A DNA stretch of 52,333 nt, counting the filler, from Sphacelaria rigidula (lineage: Eukaryota), in NCBI GenBank assembly GCA_964200075.2. It is 4 parts of 4 records of this genome, joined end to end, with 100 filler letters (N's around TTAATTAATTAA, not from the genome) between each part and the next. Parts side by side here need not be neighbours in the genome. Positions count along the whole stretch, not along the records: positions 26,220 to 39,226 come from CAXNAA020003234.1; 3 more parts are not named here. One strand, 5' to 3'. Every line of letters begins with the position of its first letter. Position 1 is the first letter of the stretch. The position numbers were made by a program, and so were the translations under genes. This document shows, one piece after another, positions 26,560 through 39,326 of this stretch. Under the pieces are notes generated by a model. The model did no database searches, was not told where the DNA came from, and saw only the letters and a program-made list of their open reading frames with translations.

Positions 26560-26698
26560 CACCCTGGACAAGGGATTACAATGTCAAAAAATGTACTGCG
26601 TGAAGTATGGAACCTAATTGTCTTCTGCAGTAGATACATTAGTTGATACTGTGCGCAGTACTACTATTTTTTACAGTGAAATCTATTGCCCAGGGTGT
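26560..26698. mobile_element. Short palindromic MITE family; copies at ~27743-28014 and ~29556-29680
   Basis: ACCCTGGACAA...TTGCCCAGGGT termini with an internal inverted AATGTACTGCGT..AGTAT / ATACTGTGCGCAGTAC. Confidence 0.75.
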
Positions 26699-27039
26699 CA
26701 AAAGCACTCGAGGGGGTGGAGCGGGGGGCGTTACGAGCGCGTATGAAGACCCCTTCTGGGGTGTTCATGCACCAGTACCAACATCATGTAGCAGAGTCAT
26801 GCCGCGATAGCCCCCCCGCAAACAAGCCGCAAAACTGTCACGAAGAAAGGTTTTGAGACTGCATGGAGCCCCTCACATGGATGAACATTGGCGAAAACGA
26901 TCCTGTGAATGCAACTTCCCAGCTGCTCGGTGTGCTCGGCTTTTTCATCATTTGATTCATGTGTGGATTTTGACTCCTCAAAACCGTCCATTTTTCTTTC
27001 TGGGAAGGGCTATCACAGTATCGCTCAGCACTTTTTTTT

Positions 27040-27332
27040 CCCCCACACTTTTAACTCCTCCCCTTCCTCGGGATGGGTCCGTGGTCTCAAGGGATCATCC
27101 CATCTCTCCCCCGGTACGCGCCTTACACTTTGGTCTAGCGGATTGTGTCAGAACTCCCGCACCGCGCCAACTCACGTCAAACAAACCCAGTCGACAACTT
27201 TGTTTACTCACGTTCTCACGCATTCCACGGTGGAAATCATACATTACGAAGGAGAAAAAAAAACGAATCGGGAATCGAACCCTTGTTCTCTCCACCCAAA
27301 TGGCGACAGACGGACCATTACACCACCGGGGC
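27040..27332 (-). mobile_element. tRNA-derived SINE (family copy 2)
   Basis: Minus strand reads CCCCGGTGGTGTAATGGTCC..GGGTTCGATTCCCG (A and B boxes); the body matches 17043-17341. Confidence 0.85.
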
Positions 27333-28509
27333 GCGGCAGCTGGACGCCTACTAGCAGGATTGACAATGCGACAGGTGATTTTGGCTCTTCACGACGTTTG
27401 TGTGAATCAATGCAAAGGTAGGTGGTGTATGTATGTGTGTGTGTATATATATATATACATGAAATACTTCAACCAGAATGTGGGATTATCAGACCCGCGC
27501 ACGTGTGGGAGAGCCGAGAAGGGCACGCACTATTCGTCACATCGTTGTTCCTCGTACATGCATGCCAGCAGGCCGCGCGTCATCCTCTATACCCAATATT
27601 ACCAGCAACCAGCAATGGCGATAAAAACATAGTGCAGTAAGTAGTAGCAAATTAACACAAATTTCACAAGCGACGCTGTACTCCAGTCATTCATGGTCGT
27701 CCTTCGGTGCCTCGTGGTGCCCCGCCTACTGTGCCCGTATCACCTGGACAATGGATTATCTTCTAAAAAAATGTACTGCGTACAGTATGGAATCTATTGT
27801 CTATTGCGCCTATTGCAATAGACAATAGATTCCAAAATGTACTGCGTACAGTATGGAATCTATTGTCTATTGCAATAGGCNNNNNNNNNNCAATGGATTA
27901 TCTTCTAAAAAAACGTCCTGCGTACAGTATTGAATCTATTGTCTATTGCAATAGGCGCAATAGTTGATACTGTACGCAGTACACTTTTTGACTGTGTATT
28001 CAATTGTCCAGGGTATGGTCTGTATACGACGCACTCACGAGCTGTGCCGAAACAAACGATACTATTGTATATGTGGAAAAACACATGCTTGTTTCCTCAT
28101 GATTCATTTTGAACATGCCTCTCAACAATCCCTTCACTGATGTTTACGTACATATTTCGTATGTATAGTAGAGCACGACACAGCTGATCGCGGGTCATTC
28201 ACATGTTACAAGAGGTCTCGGTGTCGACATCAGATCATACTCAGCGCGGGCTGCAAGGGACGGAGAGTGAAGCCCTTGCATACAGCACATAATACATAGT
28301 TATGGCCATAGTTTGTGGCCATTCGTACTACCACGCATCGTGCACGGTGCTCTTCGGCAAGGGGGTTCGTGAGTTCGCAGTCCAGTCTTCTATGACGTGA
28401 CTGTTCTGACGGTCGTGAAAACAGATGCAACGCGCTGCAGGGGGTAACCGATTCCATCAAGGTGAAAATTTGTGTCACAAGAGATCTTACAGGCTGGTCT
28501 TCACGGGGT

Positions 28510-28670
28510 GTATTCACGACTAAAATAACGTGGACATGTCCTCCTTCGTCCTTCCTGAAGACGCAGGGGTCAGCTTGACTTCGCATAATTCCTAGATCTT
28601 CCACGAGTGTTTTACACTCAAGTAGGGACCTCTGCGTCCCTGCCTGCTTTACTCCACAGAAAGCCAAATT
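28510..28670 (-). mobile_element. Ty1/Copia reverse-transcriptase relic within the GRAM gene intron
   Basis: Translation FCGVKQAG...LVEDLGIMRSQADPCVFRK..VHVILVV resembles the Copia RT motif LYGLKQAGR..LGF.RS.ADPCVF...ILVYVDD; the catalytic DD is absent. Confidence 0.75.
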
Positions 28671-28694
28671 TCACAGATGACCAGAAGCACGCAC

Positions 28695-28791
28695 CCCTAA
28701 TCAACGCTCCCACATCGCCAAAGATCTGGTAGCAAATGTCCTCCCTCAACGCCAGGTCTTCCGGCGTAACATCCTTAGACTGTTTACCCCC
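28695..28791 (-). CDS. GRAM-domain protein upstream exon (GGKQSKDVTPEDLALREDICYQIFGDVGALIR)
   Basis: Pyrimidine tract plus CCCAG acceptor; phase-1 G|GTGCGT donor joins exactly to 26371, giving GALIR-DFSCAW. Confidence 0.8.
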
Positions 28792-28864
28792 CTGGGAGAA
28801 GCACACGAAAGACGAGTGAAAAATGACAAATGGCCATACAGAGGAGGCGGCGGTGATGATCGAG

Positions 28865-29545
28865 AGCAAGTCGACTTTTTTTCTTTTAAAGTTAGACTTT
28901 AGACTAGAAAAGGTATATATTCACGTTCTTCGTCCAGAGAAGGTACTATTCCTGACCGTGTGTGTAGAAGTGGAGAAACGCGCCAGAAAACACCGTTCTC
29001 AATTGGGATTATTCAGGCACATCAACTGGGAAGATATGCTGCGCCTGTACCTTGGAAAAACGAAATACCGGGGGGGGGGGGGGGCGCGTTTTCGCCTCGT
29101 ACGGGTCAAACGGAGCTTCTCCTCAAATCCACCCTGTACGTATTTTAGACTGGATCTGGCGTCTCTTTTTTTCTGGATACCTTTTCTAGACAGCACCCCC
29201 GACCTTCTCTGGTCGTGTACGGGTATGGTCCACCGAGGACATAATGTACCTCCATGCAGTCGACTCGTACCCCCCTGAACAAATCACCACCAACAGCAAC
29301 CGGTTCATTCGGCGTTCATCACACACAGCGACCAAATCCGGCGTGTTATTTTGGGAATAAAATTACGAGGCCCGGCCCACAAACAACTCCTCGCACCCTG
29401 GCTACTCCGACGGCGGTCTTGCCGCACTACAAACGCTCCGAACGAGATTTCCTGCGCACCGGAATCCAGGCGGCAACAACAAATCCGAATCCACAAGTTC
29501 TCTGCGTTTCAGGCGGGTTATCGCCTGTTTCTGGTTTTCGGTTCT
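28865..29545 (+). repeat. ~680-bp repeat, inverted copy at ~32110-32800
   Basis: CGACCAAATCCGGCGTGTT / AACACGCCGGATTTGGTCG, ATTTCCTGCGCAC.GGAATC / GATTCCCGTGCGCAGGAAAT and ATACCTTTTCTAGAC / GTCTAGAAAAGGTAT are collinear in reverse. Confidence 0.75.
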
Positions 29546-32500
29546 CGGCTTCACACACTGGATAATGACAAAAGGTTACATTGTTCAAAAAGTGTACTGC
29601 GTACAGTATAGACTATTGCGTCTATACAATATGCGATATATTCCATACTGCATGCAGTATATTTTTTTGACAATGCAGTCTCTTCATCTCGTGGCAAAGA
29701 CCGCCTGTTCTACCGATCTACACGCACAGGCGAATGCGCCCAATGCATGAAACGCACCAGCAATGCAGGAGACTGTTTTTTTTCGCTTTTTTCGCTTTCC
29801 CTGCTACCTTACCCCACGCGGTCAAGTAGCTGCACAGTGCTGTACCGTCACACGCCACGGCTTGCAGTGCCGTTCGCAGTAATGGCGTTGACACGCAGAT
29901 TGTTCGTACTGTTGATCGTGCTTTGGGCGTTATAAAAAAGTGAGCTGTACTGGCTGCGTTGCGCCTAACAGCATGGAGTGTAGACACCGTTTCTGGAGTG
30001 TAAAGTAGGCAGGGCAGTACAACGTCACAACATGATGAAAGTTATCCTTAATCCTTTTGGAACTCGCAATGGAAAATTGATCATTTGCAAGTGATGGTTT
30101 TTGAGCAAGATGTGGTGGTTGATGGTTCACAGCTTATACGCAACAATTTTGGCCCAACGCGTATTTTACAGACCCGTGCGAGTCACTAGTGGAACAAGAG
30201 AAGGTTTCCTAGTTTCTTGCTGCGGCGAGGTCTAGGACCCGTCGGCGTTTTATTCTACACTCATGAGCTCCTTCCCCGGCCACAGTGCGCGGCAAGTCTC
30301 TGTGAAGCATGCTTCCCGCCTGACCTGCACGCCGTTCCCGCTGCAGTTTATACTCTTTGCAGCGTCATAGCAACAAAGGCAACGCCGATGGCACATTCGC
30401 CATATTTATGAACTGGCAGTGTAATACAATCCCAGGCAGTCACCTCTCCGTGCCGCCGGGGGTGCTGCGATACTGCCCTGTACAGTGCTGGGTGTGTTTA
30501 CAGCAGTTTGGGTAATCTCGACTGCAGACTCATGTCATGCACAACATAGCGCTCATGCACGTTCCGACAGCACCATCTCGCCGTTTGAAAAAATGCGTGA
30601 AGGCGATGCAGACGTCATGTGCCCTGCAGTTATGCACCGTCACTGTGGTGTAGAGTCTGCCAAGTGCCGTCGCCCCAGGGGTGATGCCTTACTGCTTCGT
30701 GTTATGTCTATATTATATTTTTAAAATATAGCGTATTTCGAAAAAATCTCTGTAAAACGCGAGGCATGCACAGAACTGCACTCTGCCAAGTACGTGCCGA
30801 CAACATCATACTGCGGGTTGACTATTACACAGCGGCGTATCAACAGGCACATTTGCCTCACCACATCTATACCACGGGTTGATCGTTCCCGACCGTTGCA
30901 CAGACATACTTTATGCTGCATGAGATTCATGACGCCGGCTACCGCTATCGTCTCGTGCTGTCTATTCTCGTGGCCGACTTTTCACATGCTTGAATTTATT
31001 TCGCACGGAGTGTAACCGCAAGTCAATACTGTAACCTACTGTATTTACTGACTGTAGTGTTTTTCATCTGGCCTGATTACGGTAGGCGGTGCCCGTTGGC
31101 TCCCTCCCGTGTGCACGTATATCGCCTGTGCGGTCTTGCGATTACACCCGCCATGTACCGCCCACACAACCCACTGTGCCTTCCACATTTGGTGCCGGAA
31201 TTTCGCTGGGTTCAGCCATATTATGCTGTATGTACGGTGTGGCTTGGTAAACTCGCCACCCGATGCTGCAGCCTGTCAAAGCGGTGCTTCCATTATCTAC
31301 CAATGCTGATATACCGACGTGCCTGGTTGGACCCTGGAGCCCATTGCTGGTTTTTTACTGGAATGTTTCATAGTGGTTTTGCTGATTATTGTCGATGGAT
31401 ACGATTGGACACACTTCATCCGTTGCGTGGTATGATTGGACGAATGTTACCCAAATTCTCCAGGGAGGACATTCTTCTCCAGTCTTCCATTATAAAACTG
31501 GTTGCCGTCGGCCTATTCTGTTCCCATGTTTTCCTCTTCGTCAGGGCTTTTCATAATAAGGCGTTTGGCCAGGGGACAGGAGGGGAGGGTTCCAATTGGG
31601 TTAATCCTTGCAGCAACTGTGAAGCGTAACAAGAGATAGAGACAACACACAATTCGGCACTCATTTTATTACTATTATTATTTCCGCACATTAGTCCGAT
31701 CTCGCGAACCCGTGGTCACAGACGAGGCACTACCATACAAAATTTGCAAGAGCGGTAGTGCAGGTAGGACGGTATCGCAGTACCGACATCAGCATAGACC
31801 AAGACACGAACATTCTCGACGCATGGCAGCACGGCCACGAAAACATCGACGCCAGTACGGAAAAGATGAACATGGAGCGTTTTATTTGGGCGTATCGCCG
31901 CAGTACTTGTAGTGGGAGAGAGCGTGCACCAGTTGCAATGCATGGGCTCAACGAAATGGCAAGGCACCGGAAATGTACCCATGATTGAACGAAGATCCTA
32001 CGCATGCATGCCCTCCTCTCTCCATACAGGGGCTCGGCCAGAGTGGCTGGCTATACAAATAATGTGTGGTGTTGGGATGGGTTGGTTCTCGCGACGAGAT
32101 GAACAAGTCCATGAACCGAGAACCAAAATCAGGAGCATATCACATCCGCCTGAATCGCGGAGAACTGGTGGGTGTCAACATTCGGAATTGCCGCTGTGAT
32201 TCCCGTGCGCAGGAAATTTGAAATTTGCGTTTTGGAGTGTTCGGAGTGCGGAAAGACCGCCGTCGGGGTATCGGAATGAGGGGAGATAGTTTTCGGTAGA
32301 ACCTCGGAATTTCACGTCCAAAATAACAAAAAAAAACACGCCGGATTTGGTCGTTGTGTTTCAAGAATGGCGGATAAACTGGCGAGGGATCAAGTCTTCA
32401 GGTGCCATGGATGCTGTTGCTGGTGGCTTGGTTAGGGGTACGCGTGGACTGAGTGAGGTGCATTATGTTGTCGGTAGTCCACATTCGTACCAGACTGAAA

Positions 32501-33989
32501 ACGTTTGGGAGGTCCGTCTAGAAAAGGTATTCAGAAACACCCTCTCTTAATCCGGTATACCTTGGAGTTTACGTCTAGCGAGGATGGATTTGGGGAGAAG
32601 CTCCGTTTTGAGCATGGGCTATAGCAGGCGAGAACGCGTTTTTTCCCGTGTTTGTCATGGTAAAGGCGCAGCAAATGACTCCGGTCAAAAACGTGTTTCC
32701 TGGTGCATTATTCCACTTCCGCACATCTGGTTCGAAATAGTACCTTTTGCAGACGAGAAATGTGGAGGTATACTTTTGAAGTCTAACCCTCTCTCGAGTT
32801 TGAGCAAAAACGTTTTTCTGTAATTAGTTGCACGTACGCAGGAAAGTTCCTGTGTGTCGTGTTGTATTGTCACTCCATCTGTTCTGGACGCCAGTCTAAA
32901 CCGTTCGGTAGATGTGGGCGTATCAGCCAGAGTCGCACACGAGGAAGGTCAACACAGGAGCTTAAAAAAAAAACGTTTTTCCAGCTCGTCATGTTCCTTC
33001 TGCGATGTTTGCCTCACTTTTCATCACGAGAAGAGTTCTGAAGTCTCTTTTCCTAGTCGACCGTGGAGTTGAACTTTGTGTACCCACAACATAGTCGTTC
33101 TCCACTGCGAGTATTGAGCAGGAGGGCGCCCCAAAGTGCCTGCGGCGCTGCGGCAACGCAGATATTTAGGGAAATCTGCGCTGCGCGCAGAGCTCCGGCG
33201 GGCTCATGTGCGGTTTGCCGCGGAAAGAAATTGGCGCTGCAGGCTTTGCGCCGGAGGCGCAAAAAAATCTGCAGCCTCCTTGTCGCCTCAAGGCGACAAG
33301 GAAATTGGGGGGGGTCTTTTTATGTGCAGCATCCGGACAATTTTCGTCCACTTACGCACAACATCCCGTGCCTTGTTCATACTACTTTCTGGATGTACTA
33401 TTTTTGTGCGTCAAACAACGTCAAACCACTAGGAATGAGTTTTACCACGTACTAAAACCATCTTTTAACTGATTTTGGAGGGTATTTCGAGAGGAAAGGC
33501 CGAATTTTCAAGCTCCGCGGGCCCCCTCCGGGAACGGTCCTACGCGGGCGGCGTCCTACGGGGTCCCTCCCGGGGGGATCCTGCGGAGGGCTGCATATCG
33601 CCTTTGGCTCAAACCTCCGGGCTTTTTGACGCCCTGTTGAGCAGGGAATTCAGCATCATTTTTTATTTTCATCATCATTTCTGCACAGTTGTCCGATCTC
33701 CCGAACCCGTGGTCACAGACGTAGGCTAGTCTTTCCAATACAGTCCCTGCTATTCCTTTCAAGAATTGAGAGTCCTCTATCATTGTTTTCAAGACTTCAG
33801 CCTAATTACAAGAACAAACGCAATCAACTAACATATTACCAAAATGAATACGGCAGTGTGAGAAAAATCCCAGATCTTACGAATTGCAGACAGAAAATCC
33901 TCGTCCAGAACATGTTTTCGTAAAAAATCGACGCTTGGGCGTCGATTTAAGCTCTGCTAACGCACACCTTGACTACAAAACCCGTTCCA

Positions 33990-34090
33990 TCTCCCTTGCG
34001 CGAGGGTTCTCGTAAGCCTTGGGTCGGGGTTAGGGTTGGGGTTTGCGTTAGATTGGCGGCACCTCCATAGTACAAACCATTGCTTACGGA
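33990..34090 (+). repeat. Repeat carrying telomere-like GGGTT(A/G)GGG motifs; related copy at ~39620-39710
   Basis: Both copies read CCTTGCGCGAGGGTTCTC followed by TTGGGT.GGGGTT(A/G)GGG. Confidence 0.65.
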
Positions 34091-35863
34091 CATTTCTTTA
34101 GGCGGCCTCAAGAAAATGCAGATGTTTTATGTAGCAGCACACCGACTGTCGCTTTTTCACCTTCGCTCTTTGAGTTGCGCCGCAAAATTCAAAATACATC
34201 TTGGTAAACCACACATCATCGAACGCCCATGTTATTCCAACTGACCGTGCACTTGGAGGGATCTTGGGACCAACAGGTCGCCGTCTCGTGGGGAACGTGC
34301 CCAACATGAACGACTTGCCGCGACCTTCATTAAACCCGCTGTATCGCCATCCATACCGGTATTGTCCGCACGTAGATGCGACTGGTGAGATACGAGGGAG
34401 GGTGTGTGATGAATCGTTCTTCGCTTCAAGCGTACACACACAAGTGATGGAAGCTGACCTAACAAAATACACAAACTAGTGTTCATTACTGGGGTAGTGC
34501 AGCAACGAGGGGTCAAGTATCCACGCGTTCGCTACGGACTTTTCGACTGTAGTACTTATATTGTTGGCAGAAAAGCTACCCCAGTTCGCCGTGATGACAA
34601 ATCCATGCTTCTTCGACTTGACCCTTTGACCGCGAGGGTAGGCCACCTGCTGAGTTAGCATCCACACTCACTTGAAGAGGGAGTGCCTGATCCAGATGGA
34701 CTGACCGCACCAAGCGCTATTATAGCCAGCCCGGGATCACACACTATTGCGCTCGAATCGTCGCCGGCTGATTGATGTGGTACCAAGGATATATCTCCGG
34801 GACTCGAGACCCCTCTTTGCCCACAGGCTTTCGGTCTGCTCGGGGTTGGGCTCACGGTATGGATTTTAGGTCATGGTCGGGGTCTTGCAATTTCATATTC
34901 AGTGATCTGTGGACCACTTCCCAACAAGCTCGCGCTTACAAAGCAGACAGTACAGGATATAACCACCATCACCGCGCTTACTGCTGTGTGAACAGTAGAG
35001 ACAGCGTACCATGTATTCACCGTCGTCACTGGGTCAAGATTTCATCTGTGCCACGGGAGGATAGGGTTGGTTCCTGGGAGGTCGGGTTCAGTCTACGACT
35101 GCAATTGAACTACGTGAGACCGAAGCAAGCGATGTCATGTACCGAACACCATGGACAGATGTTGAGAGGTGGTGACTGATGAAGGATGGGATTGGCGCGA
35201 AGTACGTTGTGACATCGGCGATCCTATGCTGTCCATCGACGCTATGTGAAGATCGCTCAGTCGAGGGACGCTGAAACTGTTGAACTGTTGTACCGTGCGA
35301 GTCGTCACAGAACATTTTCCTTCGCTACAAACACCTGATCCGTCGGCTTCACAGCCCAAGCTTCGCACAGACAGTACTAGTATACTACCGTACAATTGTC
35401 CGTCTGGTCTGCATAGGGCGGTGCTGATTTGGCTTGGCGTCATCTTCTCCGTTGCCAGTTTAAAAATCCGGATCTTGGCATACGGTGAGCACACACACAC
35501 TACACACACACAAAAACTTGACTCAAGCGTGCCTGGGCGCGCTTTACGCTACCCCTGGGTCCGCTGGGTTCACCCAACATCGTCCGATACCATAAACTAT
35601 GAATAAACAGGCTGACAACCTGGACAACCTGGCAGCTGATGGAAATTAGATTTTTAAACGATCTGTCAGTACTGTCTGTACTACAGGCAATACTTCGGTC
35701 CGGTGCCGTGCGCAATTTCCCGCATGAAGTAAATGAGCTACACTGGTACTTATGACTAGGTAGCTGTATTCCTCTCAGCACTGCCATGATGCCAGCCACG
35801 CGGTAAGAGTCATACACAGGACGAGCGACAGTAAAATCGGAAACAAGCAGCCACGCGGCATAC

Positions 35864-36046
35864 CTCGGCAGCAGAGGATAGGCTATCTGCGATAGAATCT
35901 TTATGATGCTTAGATGTTGATCCTTCGACGACGCTGGTGCTGGTGGCGGTGCTGTTGCTACTGCCGCCATGATACTGGCGTTCTCTATGGTCGCCGTTGA
36001 CAGCCAAGCTGCTGGTGACTACCTCCTGTGATTGTGCATGAGCCAT
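35864..36046 (-). CDS. Probable first exon of a minus-strand gene, possibly the GRAM-domain gene (MAHAQSQEVV...SLSSAAE)
   Basis: ATG-initiated 61-codon Ser-rich frame ending at GAG|GTATGC. Candidate following exons lie at ~35140-35470 and ~34671-34820 (A|GTGAGT). The link to the GRAM exons is inferred only. Confidence 0.45.
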
Positions 36047-37029
36047 CTCTCGTCTCCTTCGATGCTAGCTATGGCACCATGCCCGCACCCGATCGAAGAG
36101 CTAGCAATTGTTGCTTGCTGTTTGTTCGATTGCCATTTTCGTATACAGTCGTACAGTAAGACAGCCACAGCTGTAGTACTGCACAGAACAGTACAAGTGT
36201 ACAAGTACATTTGCGGAGTCTCTTTTCGCACAAACTAAATATGGGTCATCATATTTTGATCGTTCTTTCCAGAGTGTTAGTCTTGGTCTTGCGCCAAAAT
36301 ATAGAAAACAAATATGTGTGTAGAAACTTTGTAGAAACCCGCATTATTTGTTGTCATTGCCTGTTGCAGGTTGTTCCATTGCTGTTGCTGTTGCTGTTGT
36401 TGTTGTTGTCGTTGTTGTCTTCGCCCGGACTTGGCCCGCACACAAAAATTATTGCACTTCTGAATAGAAACTTAGGGGATGGGGTGATAATAGCTTCCGC
36501 TTCATATTCCGAAAAAAATGTTCTGGCTCTGCGGCGTTCTTTCTCGATTTAACCAATGCTGTGTTTTTTTACCCGATGACGTTCAATAACACCCTCCTGA
36601 GAAACGAGGTCTTCACTCCCCATCAGTTCGACAACATGAAACTTGGGGGCTGTGTCCTGAACACGACCTGTTTATTTTGCCAATACTTATGGAATCGAGG
36701 ACCTTGAAGTTGTGGGAAAGAGTAACACGCGAAAAAATCAAATCATACACGCAATTATAAAGTTTGCTCAGGTTGCCCGCCGACTCCTGTACTGGCCCCG
36801 ATACACAACCGGACAACCCTACAAATGATCGCTTAGCTTTACCGACGGGTATCATGAAGTAGCCTAATATCAACAGCACAAACATGAAAAGGACGGATAG
36901 TTCAGCGGCGCCGATTGTCCTTGACAAGGCAAGCGGTGGCGCACTGCTCCTTTTACACATCCACTGCTCGGTGACCAGTGCCGCTTTGATTGGACTGATA
37001 TCAATCAAAATACATCACATCGTAAAAAG

Positions 37030-37170
37030 ATGGCTGCGAAACAAGATATCTCCCCAAAGGATACTGGTGTCAAGAACAACGGCCATATACCCACAAGTCT
37101 CAAGTTCGGAATAGCCGGTGCCAGCGGCGTCTCGGCATGGATGTTCGTCCACCCTATGGACGTGCTCAAG
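37030..37170 (+). CDS. Mitochondrial carrier (SLC25; 2-oxoglutarate/malate or dicarboxylate carrier-like), exon 1
   Basis: MAAKQ...KFGIAGASGVSAWMFVHPMDVLK| contains the start of signature PX[DE]XX[KR]; AAG|GTTGGC donor. Confidence 0.9.
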
Positions 37171-38151
37171 GTTGGCGCTTTTCATCGTTACGTTATACTG
37201 GTGGTTGTTCGTCTTTAGTTTTGTCACAGAAAATGGCGAGGTATCGCAATTTGAGCGTGGCGACAAGCTCTTCAGATGTTCCTCCAGTGAGAGATTCAGA
37301 CCGTGACTTAGCTATGAGAAACCATATCCTGAGTTGCACCTATTTCCTGGGGAACGAGGCTTGGGTAGGTGTACTTGTTAGGCGTGGAGATGTTCGTCGT
37401 ATGATGATTACAACTCACGCACCGAAGGGTACCAACAGTGCAGTTCTTGATTGTTCTGGCCCAGTCCATTTTTCTTCAACTCCGCTTCTGTCTGTGCGGC
37501 TACTGGCTCATGTGTACATGTTCCTCGTGGTGAGATGTCTTGGCCATGCTCCGCACTTACTATGCTGGTCCTGTTTCCAGTATTTCCAGTACGACGTGGA
37601 GGATTCGAGATGACGAAATAAGTCGGCCGGGGGAACACAGAGTTACCGTACTGTAGGCGTACGTACTGGATAGCCGTTGTTTCAAGACACCCCATCTCGT
37701 GAAAAGGGAGCGTAATGCTTATTGTATCCCGTGCTCTGCATTTAGGATGGTGGCTGCATCAGGTAGTTCAGCACAGCACAGGTCAGGACCGGTCAACATC
37801 TGACGGTTTTCGTCGCCATACCGTACTCGTACACCGCTGAGACGGCGTGGTTCAGTACAAACTGTACAAGGCAGGTCAACTACAAGTCATGTTGCCAAGA
37901 TATCACGGCGGCGACGAGCTGTCGAACAGAAGCCACAGATGCTGATTCCGCGCCAACAGCGAATACCGCCACCACAAAAGCGTCATGACAAGATAGGACA
38001 TGGAGTAGTTGCCACTCAAAATCATCTCTCTTCAAGTAGAGTACGGCAATACCCTTCGCCAACATGACCTCTGTGACAGTTGTTCGTATTCACCCGCACC
38101 ACATGCATCGTCCATCGACACCCTTTCCCCCCTTTCGTCGACCACGTCCAG

Positions 38152-38313
38152 GTTCGAATGCAACTCGGAGCCGGGGGCGCAAGCCCTGTAGCAGCCGCCA
38201 AGTTAGTGTATGGCGAGTCAGGCATGCGGGGGATGTACGCTGGGCTGTCGGCAGCAGTCACCCGACAGTGCGTGTACACAACGCTAAGGGTCGGGCTGTA
38301 TGACTGGATTCGG
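38152..38313 (+). CDS. Mitochondrial carrier exon 2
   Basis: VRMQL...GMRGMYAGLSAAVTRQCVYTTLRVGLYDWIR resembles OGC/DIC GLSA.L.RQ.TYTT.R.G.Y; CCAG acceptor, CGG|GTGAGA donor. Confidence 0.92.
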
Positions 38314-38780
38314 GTGAGAGGGGGTGCGGCGATGGCGAGTAGCTGCACGATTGCCGACCCTACGCTACTTGTGCGACCATCATGTTGTGATTTATCAAAC
38401 CAGAAGGGAGTAGCGATGCCGCAGACCGAAGATGCAACAATGGCCCTAGATTCCTCTTGCTTTGAAATCGGGCCTTGGGTTTGGCGCTGGGTTGATGCAA
38501 GCGCAGCTTGGCGATGTAAATGAGGGCGGTTATTGTGGGGATAACCCGTATTTTCGAGGATGAAGTCGAAGACCATGGAGCCAGCGTGGCGTGCATTCGC
38601 GCATTGCCAGTGCGTGTTCGGCACCATACGATAGGAGTTCAGCAAGAAATGCGCCGTTGCGATTGCGGAACGTCAATGGGTAGCTCCGACTGTACCCCGT
38701 TCCATTGAAACCAGCATCACGTTAGTGCGTCTTCGTTCCCGCGGCGATCCCCATGCCATGTATCTTCGTAACGGTTTCAG

Positions 38781-38891
38781 GATCACGTCATTGGCGCGTC
38801 GGTCAAGCCCACCGACATGACCATAATGCACAGGGCAGGGACGGGACTTACGGCCGGCGGCATAGCCTCCTTTTTGTGCTGCCCAGTTGAG
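38781..38891 (+). CDS. Mitochondrial carrier exon 3 (gene truncated by the scaffold end)
   Basis: DHVIGASVKPTDMTIMHRAGTGLTAGGIASFLCCPVE covers helix 3 and the second signature P.E; TTTCAG acceptor, GAG|GTATGA donor. Confidence 0.88.
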
Positions 38892-39226
38892 GTATGAAAC
38901 GGAGGGCAGACTGTGATTGCGTTGCGGATCATCCCATCATGCGCTCCATCTGCCTCGCGAAACAGCCCTTTTAAGTTATGACCTCTCGAGCGCGCACCAC
39001 CTTAGGGTGATTGTCGCTTCACCTCCTAACCCCATGTACCGCGTCTGCAATGTACACGCGTTCTATTTTATCCTCCACGGGTTCAATCTCATCCTTTTCT
39101 CTTGTTTCGTTTTCGATCCTCTCTCTCCCCCCCTCCCCCCTTGCTAGATTCTCCCCCCTCACCTCTAGACTCTTGGGTTGGCGTCGAGTGGCAACGGCGC
39201 TGTAAAACAAGCCACCAAAACCTAGA

Positions 39227-39326
39227 NNNNNNNNNNNNNNNNNNNNNNNNNNNNNNNNNNNNNNNNNNNNTTAATTAATTAANNNNNNNNNNNNNNNNNN
39301 NNNNNNNNNNNNNNNNNNNNNNNNNN
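39227..39326. other. Artificial scaffold-joining spacer
   Basis: 100 bp of N with TTAATTAATTAA. Confidence 0.97.

Noticed and set aside
34098-34667. Possible decayed transposase frames
   Set aside because: No catalytic motif I can recognise; would need BLASTX or an HMM search.
35395-35470. IFKLATEKMTPSQISTAL resembling ribosomal protein S13 (KLAKKGLTPSQIG)
   Set aside because: Short weak similarity with no other RPS13 exons nearby.
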